Sequence record: NC_101837.1
DNA from: a phage
Direction: 5' to 3' (one strand)
Length of the DNA: 64,000 bases
A program made the translations under genes and the position numbers. This document shows, piece after piece, positions 56,104-64,000 of the stretch (position 1 is the stretch's first letter; each line of letters begins with the position of its first letter). Below the pieces are notes generated by a model. It was given only the letters and a program-made list of their open reading frames with translations. It had not been told where the DNA came from and made no database searches.

Positions 56104-56217
56104 ATGGCTAAAAAAGCCTTGAAGAAGGCGTACAAGAAAGAGATTGCGCTTGAGCTTAAGAAAAAACACAAGCGTGAAAAGAAACATCATGAAGATGAAG
56201 AGGGGGTGCAACAGTGA
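56104..56217 (+). CDS. small highly basic peptide
   Basis: 37 codons (MAKKALKKAYKKEIALELKKKHKREKKHHEDEEGVQQ), GAGGAGGTG RBS, stop overlaps GTG start of next ORF. Confidence 0.35.
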   Translation: MAKKALKKAYKKEIALELKKKHKREKKHHEDEEGVQQ

Positions 56218-56564
56218 CACAAGAACGTATCGATTTGGCTAATAAGTTTGTAGACCTCATTTTGCCACGGTTAGTTACTCAACATGCAGATGCTATTTCT
56301 ACTAATCTTGATGGCTTACGCCTAATGCTGAATCGCACAGATGACCCTCGTATTCGGGCTGATTTAGAAGCCTCTGCCAACAAACTGGAAAAGTTCTTGC
56401 AAGTAGACACGCAAGAAGCCTTGCACAAGATTATGGTGGAAGGTTTCTCTAAAGAATTTACCATTAAAGAGCTTAAGGAGCTGATCCACCAAGAAGAGAT
56501 GAATATCCGAGTTCAGGCTGTTGCAAGCAGCATGGAAGCGGCTATTGAAAAACTGTTGCAGTAA
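56214..56564 (+). CDS. hypothetical protein
   Basis: 116-aa ORF (GTG start), predicted helical. Confidence 0.4.
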   Translation: MTQERIDLANKFVDLILPRLVTQHADAISTNLDGLRLMLNRTDDPRIRADLEASANKLEKFLQVDTQEALHKIMVEGFSKEFTIKELKELIHQEEMNIRVQAVASSMEAAIEKLLQ

Positions 56565-56602
56565 AAGTACTTGGCACATCTCAATCTGAAAGGAGTCCCA
56601 AC

Positions 56603-57391
56603 ATGGGTCGAGCTAAAGAAACAAAACGCATGCGTGATGAAGCTAGAGAGGCTCGCAAATCTGATCGCCTGCGTAAGGCTGCTGAGAAATTTGCTGACGA
56701 AAGAGAGCACACCGCTCCAGCTCTCCGACCAATGAATAAGAAGCAGCAAAAGTATCTTGATTATCTAGGGTCACGTAAGATTATTATTGTAAACGGCGTG
56801 TTTGGATCCGGTAAGACATTTATGGCATCTGCATATGCAGGTGATCTTCTGCGTAAGAACGAGATTGATAAGATCATTGTTGCACGTCCTTACGTCCAGA
56901 CAGGAAAGACTTCAGGATTTAAACCCGGAAATGCAATGCAGAAACTGTGGCCCTATCTTCGAAGCATGATGGACACGATTTGTCGTCGTGTTGGCAAAGG
57001 TGCTTTTGCCGCAATGCTGGGAGACGGTCAGAACAGTCGTATCGAGATTTGTGAAGTTGAAAGCATTCGTGGTCGTAGTTTCGATGAGCGATGCTTTGTC
57101 CTGATTGACGAGGCACAGCAAACTAACCCTGAAGAAATGTTGTCAATTATCACAAGGATCTCTGATCAAGCCACCCTTGTAATTATGGGTGATAATAGCC
57201 AACGTGACATCCCTGGTAAATCTGGCCTTGCATGGGTGACGGATTTCTTTACTCGTCATCCAGATCCTGAGGTTGGAATGATCAGCTTTGATAGTCCAGA
57301 CGATGTCGTTCGTTCCGGGTTGGGTCGTCAAATCGCACTCAATCTTATTGAGGATCGTGCAAATCATATTTGGACCCCTGTTTCCGAGTAA
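56603..57391 (+). CDS. phoH: PhoH-like ATPase
   Basis: Walker A GVFGSGKTF, Walker B-like VLIDEAQ, PhoH-family length (262 aa). Confidence 0.75.
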   Translation: MGRAKETKRMRDEAREARKSDRLRKAAEKFADEREHTAPALRPMNKKQQKYLDYLGSRKIIIVNGVFGSGKTFMASAYAGDLLRKNEIDKIIVARPYVQTGKTSGFKPGNAMQKLWPYLRSMMDTICRRVGKGAFAAMLGDGQNSRIEICEVESIRGRSFDERCFVLIDEAQQTNPEEMLSIITRISDQATLVIMGDNSQRDIPGKSGLAWVTDFFTRHPDPEVGMISFDSPDDVVRSGLGRQIALNLIEDRANHIWTPVSE

Positions 57392-57435
57392 TACAGAAGG
57401 GTGGTTATTCCACCCTTAAATATCTAAAACAGTTG

Positions 57436-57464
57436 TTGACAAACAGGTAAGCTTTAGATATTAT
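57436..57464 (+). promoter_or_regulatory. sigma70-type promoter (AGTTGTTGACA family)
   Basis: TTGACA (57436-57441), 17-bp spacer, TATTAT (57459-57464), then TATCGG; preceded by hairpin AAGGGUGG/CCACCCUU after phoH. Confidence 0.5.
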
Positions 57465-57494
57465 TATCGGACAAGACAAGGAGAAGGAGATAGT

Positions 57495-57806
57495 ATGGCT
57501 ACAATACAAGAGAGACTGAATAAAATATACTGCCTGTTTGTCTATAACGGCGAGACAATTTTGGCAAATAAAGGATCCAAGAATGTGTGGATCAAGGACA
57601 GCGGTGGTAATATAATCAACTTAGCGTTGCTACGTGAGCGCCGACACAGATTCTTTATCGAGTCTCGAATTATTGAAAGCAGCACTTGCTACAGAACAGG
57701 CGATAAAGTAATTGTTGACAATGATACGTGGTATGTGGTAGATTGGCAATCATTGAGTTGTGATGCTTCTGACAATCGTAAGTACTCCATAGTGATTGCT
57801 AAATAA
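57495..57806 (+). CDS. hypothetical protein
   Basis: 103-aa ORF with GGAGAAGGAG RBS. Confidence 0.4.
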   Translation: MATIQERLNKIYCLFVYNGETILANKGSKNVWIKDSGGNIINLALLRERRHRFFIESRIIESSTCYRTGDKVIVDNDTWYVVDWQSLSCDASDNRKYSIVIAK

Positions 57807-57866
57807 AGGTAAATGTGAATCAGGTTTAAATAAATAGCTTTCAACTTCCAATATTAAGGATTTCTC

Positions 57867-58916
57867 ATGAATTTAACACCTCGCAGCACCATGGTACACG
57901 GCATGAAAGAAAAACAGAACGGTTTCGAACCTATGAGTAATAAAATGTTTGGTATGCCGGGCGGTATCATGGAAACATACAGCTACCCAACACCTGTTGT
58001 TGACCACGTTCTTTATATCGACGATTTGGAGGACCTGCAGGATCATATGTCTCGTCTGCAGACGATCCGTATGGCTCAGCCGGAAGAAAGCATTCGTGTG
58101 ATCATCAATAGCCCTGGTGGTTGCGTGCACATTGCAATGGCCTATCTGCAGGCATTCCGCGAGTCTCAGGCAAGCGTTGTTGCACATGCTGAAGGGATGT
58201 GCTGCTCTGCTGGAACAATCTTATGGCTTGGTTGCAAAGAACGTACTGTGGCTCCGGACACAGAATTTATGTTCCACTACTATCAAGGTGGCACTTATGG
58301 TAACGGTGTTAACATGAATACTCAGGTCAGCTACTGGAAAAAACGTTTTGAACACCTGATCGAAAAATACTACGGTGGGGTGCTGACAGAAGATGAGATC
58401 GCATCCATCACAGCTGGTGGCGAAGTGTGGTTGGACGGAGAAGAGTTGGCAGCACGCACTGGAGCTATTATTCTGGATGAAGGCAACATACAACGCATCC
58501 AGAACGGACAAAAACCGAAAAAGCTTCTGGCAAAAGGTGATGAAGAAGGCGTGTTAGGTGAAGCAGGTCTTCCGGAGATTCATCAGTGCACATCTTTAGA
58601 TGAGTTAGTTCATGCTGTTGAATCTGCAAAAGCGGGTGGTTCGAAAGGTGATGTTCACACTGTGTTCCTGAATCTGCAGATGGAAAGTGGCGAGACCGTC
58701 CGAATTGCCCTGGGTGAGATTACTTCAGAAGATCTGCAGAGATTCTCTGTCGTTGAACTTCAGGATATTCTGTCTCAATTGAAGACTACTCTGAACGGCG
58801 GTGAAGAGGTTAAGGTGAAAGATAAGACTCGCAAGCGTCTTGTGGACAATATTATTAAAACAGCAAAAGAGCTCAATGAAAAAATCCTTGGTGCAGGAAT
58901 TGTCGAAGAAGCTTAA
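57867..58916 (+). CDS. ClpP/S14-family serine peptidase (possible prohead protease) with C-terminal extension
   Basis: ClpP-like motifs INSPGG, GMCCSAG (Ser), MFHYYQGG (His); AAGGA RBS; followed by strong terminator. Confidence 0.6.
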   Translation: MNLTPRSTMVHGMKEKQNGFEPMSNKMFGMPGGIMETYSYPTPVVDHVLYIDDLEDLQDHMSRLQTIRMAQPEESIRVIINSPGGCVHIAMAYLQAFRESQASVVAHAEGMCCSAGTILWLGCKERTVAPDTEFMFHYYQGGTYGNGVNMNTQVSYWKKRFEHLIEKYYGGVLTEDEIASITAGGEVWLDGEELAARTGAIILDEGNIQRIQNGQKPKKLLAKGDEEGVLGEAGLPEIHQCTSLDELVHAVESAKAGGSKGDVHTVFLNLQMESGETVRIALGEITSEDLQRFSVVELQDILSQLKTTLNGGEEVKVKDKTRKRLVDNIIKTAKELNEKILGAGIVEEA

Positions 58917-58929
58917 ACATTAATTCTAA

Positions 58930-58950
58930 AGCCCTCTTCGGAGGGCTTTT
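58930..58950 (+). terminator. rho-independent terminator
   Basis: AGCCCUC-UUCG-GAGGGCU hairpin followed by UUUUAU. Confidence 0.6.
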
Positions 58951-58967
58951 ATGATCTGGAGATTTGC

Positions 58968-59501
58968 ATGACTTGTGCTAGAAAACCTGATGAACAACGT
59001 AACGCCTACGATGAGTATGTGACACCGGAATGGTGTGCAGAAGGGCTGTATGACCTTATTCCGTTCCCAGAAGACTGGACCTACTTAGAGCCTTGCAGGA
59101 ATAGTGCCTCAGGTGTGTTCTACTCCCGTATGCCGTTAGGATCTGCATGGGGAGAAATCCAAGAAGGTGTTGACTATCTGAATACAGAATACAACCATGT
59201 TGACTGTATTATCACCAACCCGCCGTACAGCCTGGCTCGTGAGTTTGTGAACAAGGCGTTGAAAGATGCCGACGTAGTTATTATGCTTTTGCGTCTTAAT
59301 TTTCTGGAAAGCAAAGCCAGATTTGAATGGTGGCTTGATAATGCACCTACTACTGTGATCACAATATCTAAGCGTCCATCATTTCAATCAAACGGCAGAA
59401 CTGACGGGCAAGCATATGCATATTTTGTGTGGGATAAGAAAAACCGTTTAGACTTGCCGCCGTTTATGTGGTTGGCACCCCCAGAGGTAGACCTGAAATG
59501 A
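58968..59501 (+). CDS. DNA N6-adenine methyltransferase (small)
   Basis: Motif IV ITNPPYS; N-terminal YVTPEW; 177 aa. Confidence 0.6.
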   Translation: MTCARKPDEQRNAYDEYVTPEWCAEGLYDLIPFPEDWTYLEPCRNSASGVFYSRMPLGSAWGEIQEGVDYLNTEYNHVDCIITNPPYSLAREFVNKALKDADVVIMLLRLNFLESKARFEWWLDNAPTTVITISKRPSFQSNGRTDGQAYAYFVWDKKNRLDLPPFMWLAPPEVDLK

Positions 59502-59782
59502 AAATGAGTGCTAAGGACAAATTACACCAGCTAGCGCTAAAACGCCCTGTAACGCTCCCTGACGAGCTTAACTCCATTTATGATGCGATTGTAGGGGAGA
59601 TACAAAATAAAGCGTTAGCAGGCTTTCTGGGGTGCGGATTTTCGATAAATCTACCCTCGCATCTCTCAGATTACTTCCCGCACATTGTTGGAGATTTAAG
59701 GGCAGGAGGTCTGCAGGTAGATGTTGTTGGCATCTCCCCAGAGAAAAATAATACGGTTGCCTACTTGACAGTAACCTGGTAG
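59498..59782 (+). CDS. hypothetical protein
   Basis: ATG 59498 overlaps MTase stop (ATGA); track frame 59468..59782. Confidence 0.35.
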   Translation: MKMSAKDKLHQLALKRPVTLPDELNSIYDAIVGEIQNKALAGFLGCGFSINLPSHLSDYFPHIVGDLRAGGLQVDVVGISPEKNNTVAYLTVTW

Positions 59783-59818
59783 TTGTGTATTGTTGTTTTC
59801 AACAAGAGGGGGTCATTT

Positions 59819-60058
59819 ATGTACAAGTCATTTTCAATCTACTCAAGACAGGCGAAACACTACACAGAGATCCTGATCACTCAGAAAAAATCTGTGGAAG
59901 GTGAGTGGGAATATCACCATAAAATGTTGCGTCCAGACTGGGTTTTTGATAGACTTATTGCTATGATCCCTCTCGGAGAAGTATACCCTCTGACAGCCCA
60001 TCGCGATGCTTGGGATTTAATTGATTACATAGATTCATTTAAGGAGCCTAGATTATGA
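59819..60058 (+). CDS. hypothetical protein
   Basis: ATG 59819 with AGAGGGGG RBS; track frame 59783..60058. Confidence 0.35.
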   Translation: MYKSFSIYSRQAKHYTEILITQKKSVEGEWEYHHKMLRPDWVFDRLIAMIPLGEVYPLTAHRDAWDLIDYIDSFKEPRL

Positions 60059-60453
60059 AGATTGAGATTACTAAAGAAGGTAAGAAAGTGTCCGGCAACT
60101 ATGCAACAGTAATTCGGGATTTAATGTTTGAAGCCACCAAGATCGGTACATCTAAAGTTGGTCAAACTGTTAGTGTGAAAAGTAATATCTCCACAGGAGA
60201 GAAGGTATTCATTGTGGTCAAAGGGCAGGATCCCGTGGAAGGAACAGTGGGCCGAGGTGGCTACCTGTGCATTTCTGAAGAGCCGCGTATGTTAGTGGCT
60301 GACGCTACTATGGGTGGGAAACGTGTGTGCGAGGCGGATGAGGTAATGATTATCCAACCTGTTGATCCAGATGACCCAGCAACTTGGGTGGTAGGAAATG
60401 AAATCTTCTCTTTAGAAGAGTTATCCTTCCCAGCACCGCGCTCTGTTCAGTAA
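60055..60453 (+). CDS. hypothetical protein
   Basis: 132-aa ORF, start overlaps upstream stop. Confidence 0.4.
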   Translation: MKIEITKEGKKVSGNYATVIRDLMFEATKIGTSKVGQTVSVKSNISTGEKVFIVVKGQDPVEGTVGRGGYLCISEEPRMLVADATMGGKRVCEADEVMIIQPVDPDDPATWVVGNEIFSLEELSFPAPRSVQ

Positions 60454-60490
60454 TAATTTATCTTACCAGGGACGGTAGGTAGGAGGTAGC

Positions 60491-60724
60491 ATGAAAGTTA
60501 AATTTCTTACAGATTTAGGGTACCCTTCCTTGGTTGACTGTGTTGGTAAAATTGTGGAAGCAAAACGGCTATCTGCAAACGAGAATGTTGTCCTGGTTAA
60601 AGGGAAGGATTTACTAGCTGCAGGTGCAGAGTCTGGCAGGATCTCTCCTGATTATATGTATTACCTATCTTTAAGTAATCTGCCAGAGCGAGGCGGTAAA
60701 GGCCTTGAAGTTGTGGAGGAGTGA
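60491..60724 (+). CDS. hypothetical protein
   Basis: 77-aa ORF with GGAGG RBS. Confidence 0.4.
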   Translation: MKVKFLTDLGYPSLVDCVGKIVEAKRLSANENVVLVKGKDLLAAGAESGRISPDYMYYLSLSNLPERGGKGLEVVEE

Positions 60725-61254
60725 CAGGTATGCTTCTGATTAACTGGGAAGACCTCTATGGGGACAAAGACCCTGTTGCGTTTGTTGATCGTAGGTGGAG
60801 ATACACTGAAGAACAACTGGCGGCAAAAAATCTAACTGCAAAACGCAGAAAGATCATCCAGTGCAAGTACAAATACGCACAGTTTGCTGCAAAAGTGTCT
60901 CCACAAATCGAGAGCTTTGTGCTTAAATTGTATGACGAGTACCTCAAATCCAAATTGGATTTTGTGCAGGTGTACCGTGCACAGGTACGACCAGATACCA
61001 ACATGTGTAGATGGAAGGTTGTTTGTGAAGGTAAAGATTTGCCGCTCAGCTTGACAATTGAGTGGCGTTATGGGTATCATGAGTGTGGTCTGTATGATAT
61101 TTGGGATGTCATTGTAGATCCTGCTAAGCATCTGAACACAGAGGAGCTGGAATATATCAATAAGGTTATTCTCGATATGTTTTTCAGCTACACACATGAA
61201 AACTCTGAGAAAGAACGGGATAATTTTCTTGACACCCTCAGCGACCATTTGTAG
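60721..61254 (+). CDS. hypothetical protein
   Basis: 177-aa ORF, start overlaps upstream stop. Confidence 0.4.
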   Translation: MTGMLLINWEDLYGDKDPVAFVDRRWRYTEEQLAAKNLTAKRRKIIQCKYKYAQFAAKVSPQIESFVLKLYDEYLKSKLDFVQVYRAQVRPDTNMCRWKVVCEGKDLPLSLTIEWRYGYHECGLYDIWDVIVDPAKHLNTEELEYINKVILDMFFSYTHENSEKERDNFLDTLSDHL

Positions 61255-61257
61255 TAT
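61229..61257 (+). promoter_or_regulatory. sigma70-type promoter candidate
   Basis: TTGACA (61229-61234), 17-bp spacer, TAGTAT (61252-61257), upstream of 61285 gene with GGGAGG RBS. Confidence 0.4.
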
Positions 61258-61284
61258 ACAATTTAACCTACAAAGGGAGGACCA

Positions 61285-61512
61285 ATGAGTATAAATGTTG
61301 TGCTAATAGGTTACCTGGTAATGTCCGTTATAACAGCGGTATTCTTGACAGGTGTATGCATCGTGTCCAGACGAAGGGTGAAGTTTGATGATTTTATCAC
61401 CATCATCACTGCTGCACCTTTTTGGCCTGTTGTTATCTTCATCGTAATAATGTGCCTAGTTGATTACTACAAGAATATCAGGAAGGAGAGTAGGGATGGA
61501 GACCGCACCTAA
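61285..61512 (+). CDS. small membrane protein (two predicted TM helices)
   Basis: 75 aa; hydrophobic segments VVLIGYLVMSVITAVFLTGVCIV and IITAAPFWPVVIFIVIMCLV. Confidence 0.45.
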   Translation: MSINVVLIGYLVMSVITAVFLTGVCIVSRRRVKFDDFITIITAAPFWPVVIFIVIMCLVDYYKNIRKESRDGDRT

Positions 61513-61648
61513 AACTATCTATACTGTTCTTAAAGAGATTGCGTTCTACGCAGATCTTAGCCAGGCACCTTTATGGGAAAAGAGCATGTATTTAAAATGG
61601 TGCGTTAATTTAGGGAGACCTTCCAGTGTTTCAAGCCATGTTTATTGA
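61496..61648 (+). CDS. hypothetical protein
   Basis: ATG 61496 with AGGAG RBS, overlaps end of membrane-protein gene; track frame 61460..61648. Confidence 0.3.
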   Translation: METAPKTIYTVLKEIAFYADLSQAPLWEKSMYLKWCVNLGRPSSVSSHVY

Positions 61649-61713
61649 GATGCTATCTGGGATATTGTTACTGGTAGCCATCTTAGGTGGTGCAGTTCTG
61701 ATGTATAACTATC

Positions 61714-61917
61714 TTGAAAAAGGAGACAGCAATGGTAAAAAATAAATCTTTAGAGCAGGCTGAAAACCTTCTCCACGAGCTGGTAAAGGAGTGGAAAGTT
61801 GAATACTCAGATTTTAATGCACGAGAGGGTGAAGATTATTGGCCTACGGAGCGCTCAGAGGGCGAATGGTATCAAGATTTTATAGAGTGGTTATATCAGA
61901 CGTGCGATGAGGGGTGA
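61714..61917 (+). CDS. hypothetical protein
   Basis: 67-aa ORF. Confidence 0.35.
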   Translation: MKKETAMVKNKSLEQAENLLHELVKEWKVEYSDFNAREGEDYWPTERSEGEWYQDFIEWLYQTCDEG

Positions 61918-62384
61918 CGATGTTTGTTAAATATGTAAAAACGTGCCTCAACAGTCTTGGCAGAGAGCATTGGTACACCTTGCTTGAAAAAGGGGAAATT
62001 TTAACAAAATCTGGAAAGATAACTTTGATACCTCTTGATAGTAAAGGTAAAGACCCGTCACGACTTGTTATAGATGATTACGTTACAGGTGTGACGTTCG
62101 AGGTCTCTGTGGAGAGGTTAATACGCAGAGCTGGCGGCCCTTATGACCGAAGAGAGTATGTTTTCGATTCCGTTACAGAGATGGGGGAGCATCCGTCTTT
62201 AATGTTCAGGATGGTAATCAGAGATATGAGGTCATCTATAGATAGGATCGTAAAGGACATTAAGGAACCTTTTAGAGTAAAAGTTAAGAAGTTTTTCGAT
62301 TCTAAGATTAACATACTCGCCGTTGCACTAGGTGTAGTTCAACTTCTGTTAATTTTGCACTATTTTGAACTACTATTTAAGTAG
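61914..62384 (+). CDS. hypothetical protein with C-terminal hydrophobic segment
   Basis: 156 aa; C-terminal ILAVALGVVQLLLILHYF. Confidence 0.4.
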   Translation: MTMFVKYVKTCLNSLGREHWYTLLEKGEILTKSGKITLIPLDSKGKDPSRLVIDDYVTGVTFEVSVERLIRRAGGPYDRREYVFDSVTEMGEHPSLMFRMVIRDMRSSIDRIVKDIKEPFRVKVKKFFDSKINILAVALGVVQLLLILHYFELLFK

Positions 62385-62446
62385 TAGTTGAGATATGGCA
62401 CAAAGGATGTGCCATAGTGAAATAAACTAAGAAAGAGGTAGAGAGA

Positions 62447-62794
62447 ATGCCAAAGATTAAAACGTTATTACTGTGGGTAGCTGTTTTAGCTTTTATAGGG
62501 TACTGGACTTGGGAAACTGAATTAAAAGATATCGGATATACCAGTCTTGAGAGCAAGGCGTGCATTGGCATAACCGATGCGTTCAGGCAAAATGCTATGG
62601 ATCATGAATGTGTTGATGCAGATATAGATGAGAAACTGTCTAAGGACAAAGATTTTTACCATGGGCATGCTTTACTTGATAGTGGTGACACTGTAGAGTT
62701 CTGGTCGTGGTTTCGTGAAGATGGAACAATAAAAACAGCAGTAAAGATCTCTAACAAAGAGTTAATGCTGTTGCAGCAAAAGGAGGCTCAATGA
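62447..62794 (+). CDS. hypothetical protein with N-terminal signal/TM segment
   Basis: 115 aa; N-terminal LLLWVAVLAFIGYWTW. Confidence 0.4.
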   Translation: MPKIKTLLLWVAVLAFIGYWTWETELKDIGYTSLESKACIGITDAFRQNAMDHECVDADIDEKLSKDKDFYHGHALLDSGDTVEFWSWFREDGTIKTAVKISNKELMLLQQKEAQ

Positions 62795-63078
62795 TCTGGA
62801 TATCCTATGCTGATGGTACCATGCTGTATACTGCAGGTACCAGATATGAAGTTCAGGAGAACGATAAAAAATTTATCGTAAAAACATTTGACAAGGACGA
62901 CAACCTTTTGCTAGAATTGACTTACAAAGTTGGAGAGGTATCCAATATCCAGTTGGATTGTGGTCATAAAGATAATCCACTCAAAAAACCTGGAGTAGGT
63001 AAGGCTTCAGAAGAACGTCTGTCTCGTATTGCAGAAAGCGTTTCTCCCCAAAAATCTAAGAAGAGGACTAGAAAATGA
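62791..63078 (+). CDS. hypothetical protein
   Basis: 95-aa ORF, overlapping start/stop. Confidence 0.35.
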   Translation: MIWISYADGTMLYTAGTRYEVQENDKKFIVKTFDKDDNLLLELTYKVGEVSNIQLDCGHKDNPLKKPGVGKASEERLSRIAESVSPQKSKKRTRK

Positions 63079-63269
63079 AAAACTTACGTTTTAACACTTA
63101 TTACTACAACACATTGAATGATTTGTATTATATTGTTCGAAGTAAAAGTCCTGAAACAGTCCTATTCTGCCGCGAACCTTTCAAAGGGGAGGAAGTAGAG
63201 TCTGAGATGAATGTTAGCCAGATCACCTCTTTGTTGCTCTCAGGCGCAATGGAAGAAGCAATATTCTAA
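63075..63269 (+). CDS. hypothetical protein
   Basis: 64-aa ORF, overlapping start/stop. Confidence 0.35.
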   Translation: MKNLRFNTYYYNTLNDLYYIVRSKSPETVLFCREPFKGEEVESEMNVSQITSLLLSGAMEEAIF

Positions 63270-63287
63270 ACCAGGCAGGAGGGTTTT

Positions 63288-63476
63288 ATGAAGCACTATT
63301 GCCTGTCTGGTAGAATGGGTGCAGATTGTGATTGGGTTTTCTTAAAACTTGTCAGCATTCGAGAGTTCATCCCAGAGGAAGAGCAAGAAAGCGAGCTGAT
63401 GTCATGGATCAACCATTACGGTAACACTTTTCGGCATGTTAAGGTAGAAGAGTTGCCAAGCGAGGCTGAATTATGA
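63288..63476 (+). CDS. hypothetical protein
   Basis: 62-aa ORF. Confidence 0.35.
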   Translation: MKHYCLSGRMGADCDWVFLKLVSIREFIPEEEQESELMSWINHYGNTFRHVKVEELPSEAEL

Positions 63477-63769
63477 AACTTTTTGAGTGGTTTAAAAAGT
63501 TTAAATATAAAGCTGTAGCCATCGTGCCGTGGTCCATTCAGTGGGTTGATGAAGGTGGTCTACCGATACCTGGTGACAAAGATACTGGGTACTGGATTAT
63601 GATGGAGAACGGGTTTGGAAAGCGAAAGTATACGTGCACAAACTCTACTCGATCTGCACTTAATAGAGTGCCTGGTTACAAACTTATGGTTGTGTGGAAA
63701 ATGTCAGGCGTGCCTCCAGCCAATGCTCAATTTCTTACTGACAATCCGACCACGGTAGAGGGAGATTGA
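63473..63769 (+). CDS. hypothetical protein
   Basis: 98-aa ORF, overlapping start/stop. Confidence 0.35.
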   Translation: MKLFEWFKKFKYKAVAIVPWSIQWVDEGGLPIPGDKDTGYWIMMENGFGKRKYTCTNSTRSALNRVPGYKLMVVWKMSGVPPANAQFLTDNPTTVEGD

Positions 63770-63771
63770 TA

Positions 63772-64000
63772 ATGAAAAAGATTAACAGTAGTGAAGTAGA
63801 GTTTAAACTTGTCGGAAAAGGCACTTACTGGGAAGTTCGTCAAAAGGTATATTTGTTCGGTCTTATTCCCTACTGGTCTAAATTCTACTGGGGAGCTAAC
63901 GAGTTGGGAAGATACGCCACCAAATCAATGGCACTTATTGGTATAGCAGAGTACATTGCAGCCCGAGACAGGGTTGGAACCACTTATTACTACACTGCTG
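63772..64000 (+). CDS. hypothetical protein, 5' part only (runs off right edge)
   Basis: ATG 63772 with GAGGGAG RBS; frame open to end of window. Confidence 0.35.
   Translation, partial: MKKINSSEVEFKLVGKGTYWEVRQKVYLFGLIPYWSKFYWGANELGRYATKSMALIGIAEYIAARDRVGTTYYYTA

Overview
This window reads as a contiguous segment of a virulent tailed-phage genome with contractile-tail (myovirus) architecture; gene content (tRNA cluster, aerobic and anaerobic ribonucleotide reductases, homing-endonuclease-like ORFs, lambda-R-type endolysin, E-like capsid) is compatible with a Felix-O1-like phage, but that is inference and not verified. All calls rest on hand inspection of the sequence and ORF track; no database search, HMM or RNA-folding run was possible. 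Note the ORF track uses ATG/GTG/TTG starts, so several 'M' starts are really GTG or TTG. Layout: (1) 1-27,160, minus strand, late module running right to left: large terminase, portal, scaffold-like, decoration-like, major capsid, tail sheath/tube, chaperone pair, tape measure, baseplate-region proteins, three tail-fibre proteins, plus a spanin pair next to the terminase gene. (2) 27,580-28,392, minus-strand tRNA cluster: six hand-folded tRNAs (Pro, Met, Thr, Ser, Tyr, Arg) and one non-canonical tRNA-like element. (3) 28,400-32,400: small minus-strand genes, two GC-rich noncoding islands, a lambda-ori-like block of four palindromic iterons beside an AT-rich tract, and an RNA-repair gene set (kinase, phosphoesterase). 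(4) 32,403-64,000, plus strand, early/middle module: Rnl1-like RNA ligase, a Sir2-family protein, DNA ligase, endolysin, nucleases and resolvases, two N6-adenine methyltransferases, nucleotide metabolism (thyX-like, nrdA, nrdB, glutaredoxin, nrdD, nrdG), PhoH, a ClpP-like peptidase, and many small unknown ORFs. The strongest findings are an ORF-less group I intron splitting nrdD with a GIY-YIG-like nuclease gene just downstream, the iteron array, and the operon coupling an RNA ligase to a small unknown protein, a Sir2 protein and a MazG-like protein. That operon is my best candidate for an undescribed NAD-linked host-takeover or counter-defence module, but this is a hypothesis only.
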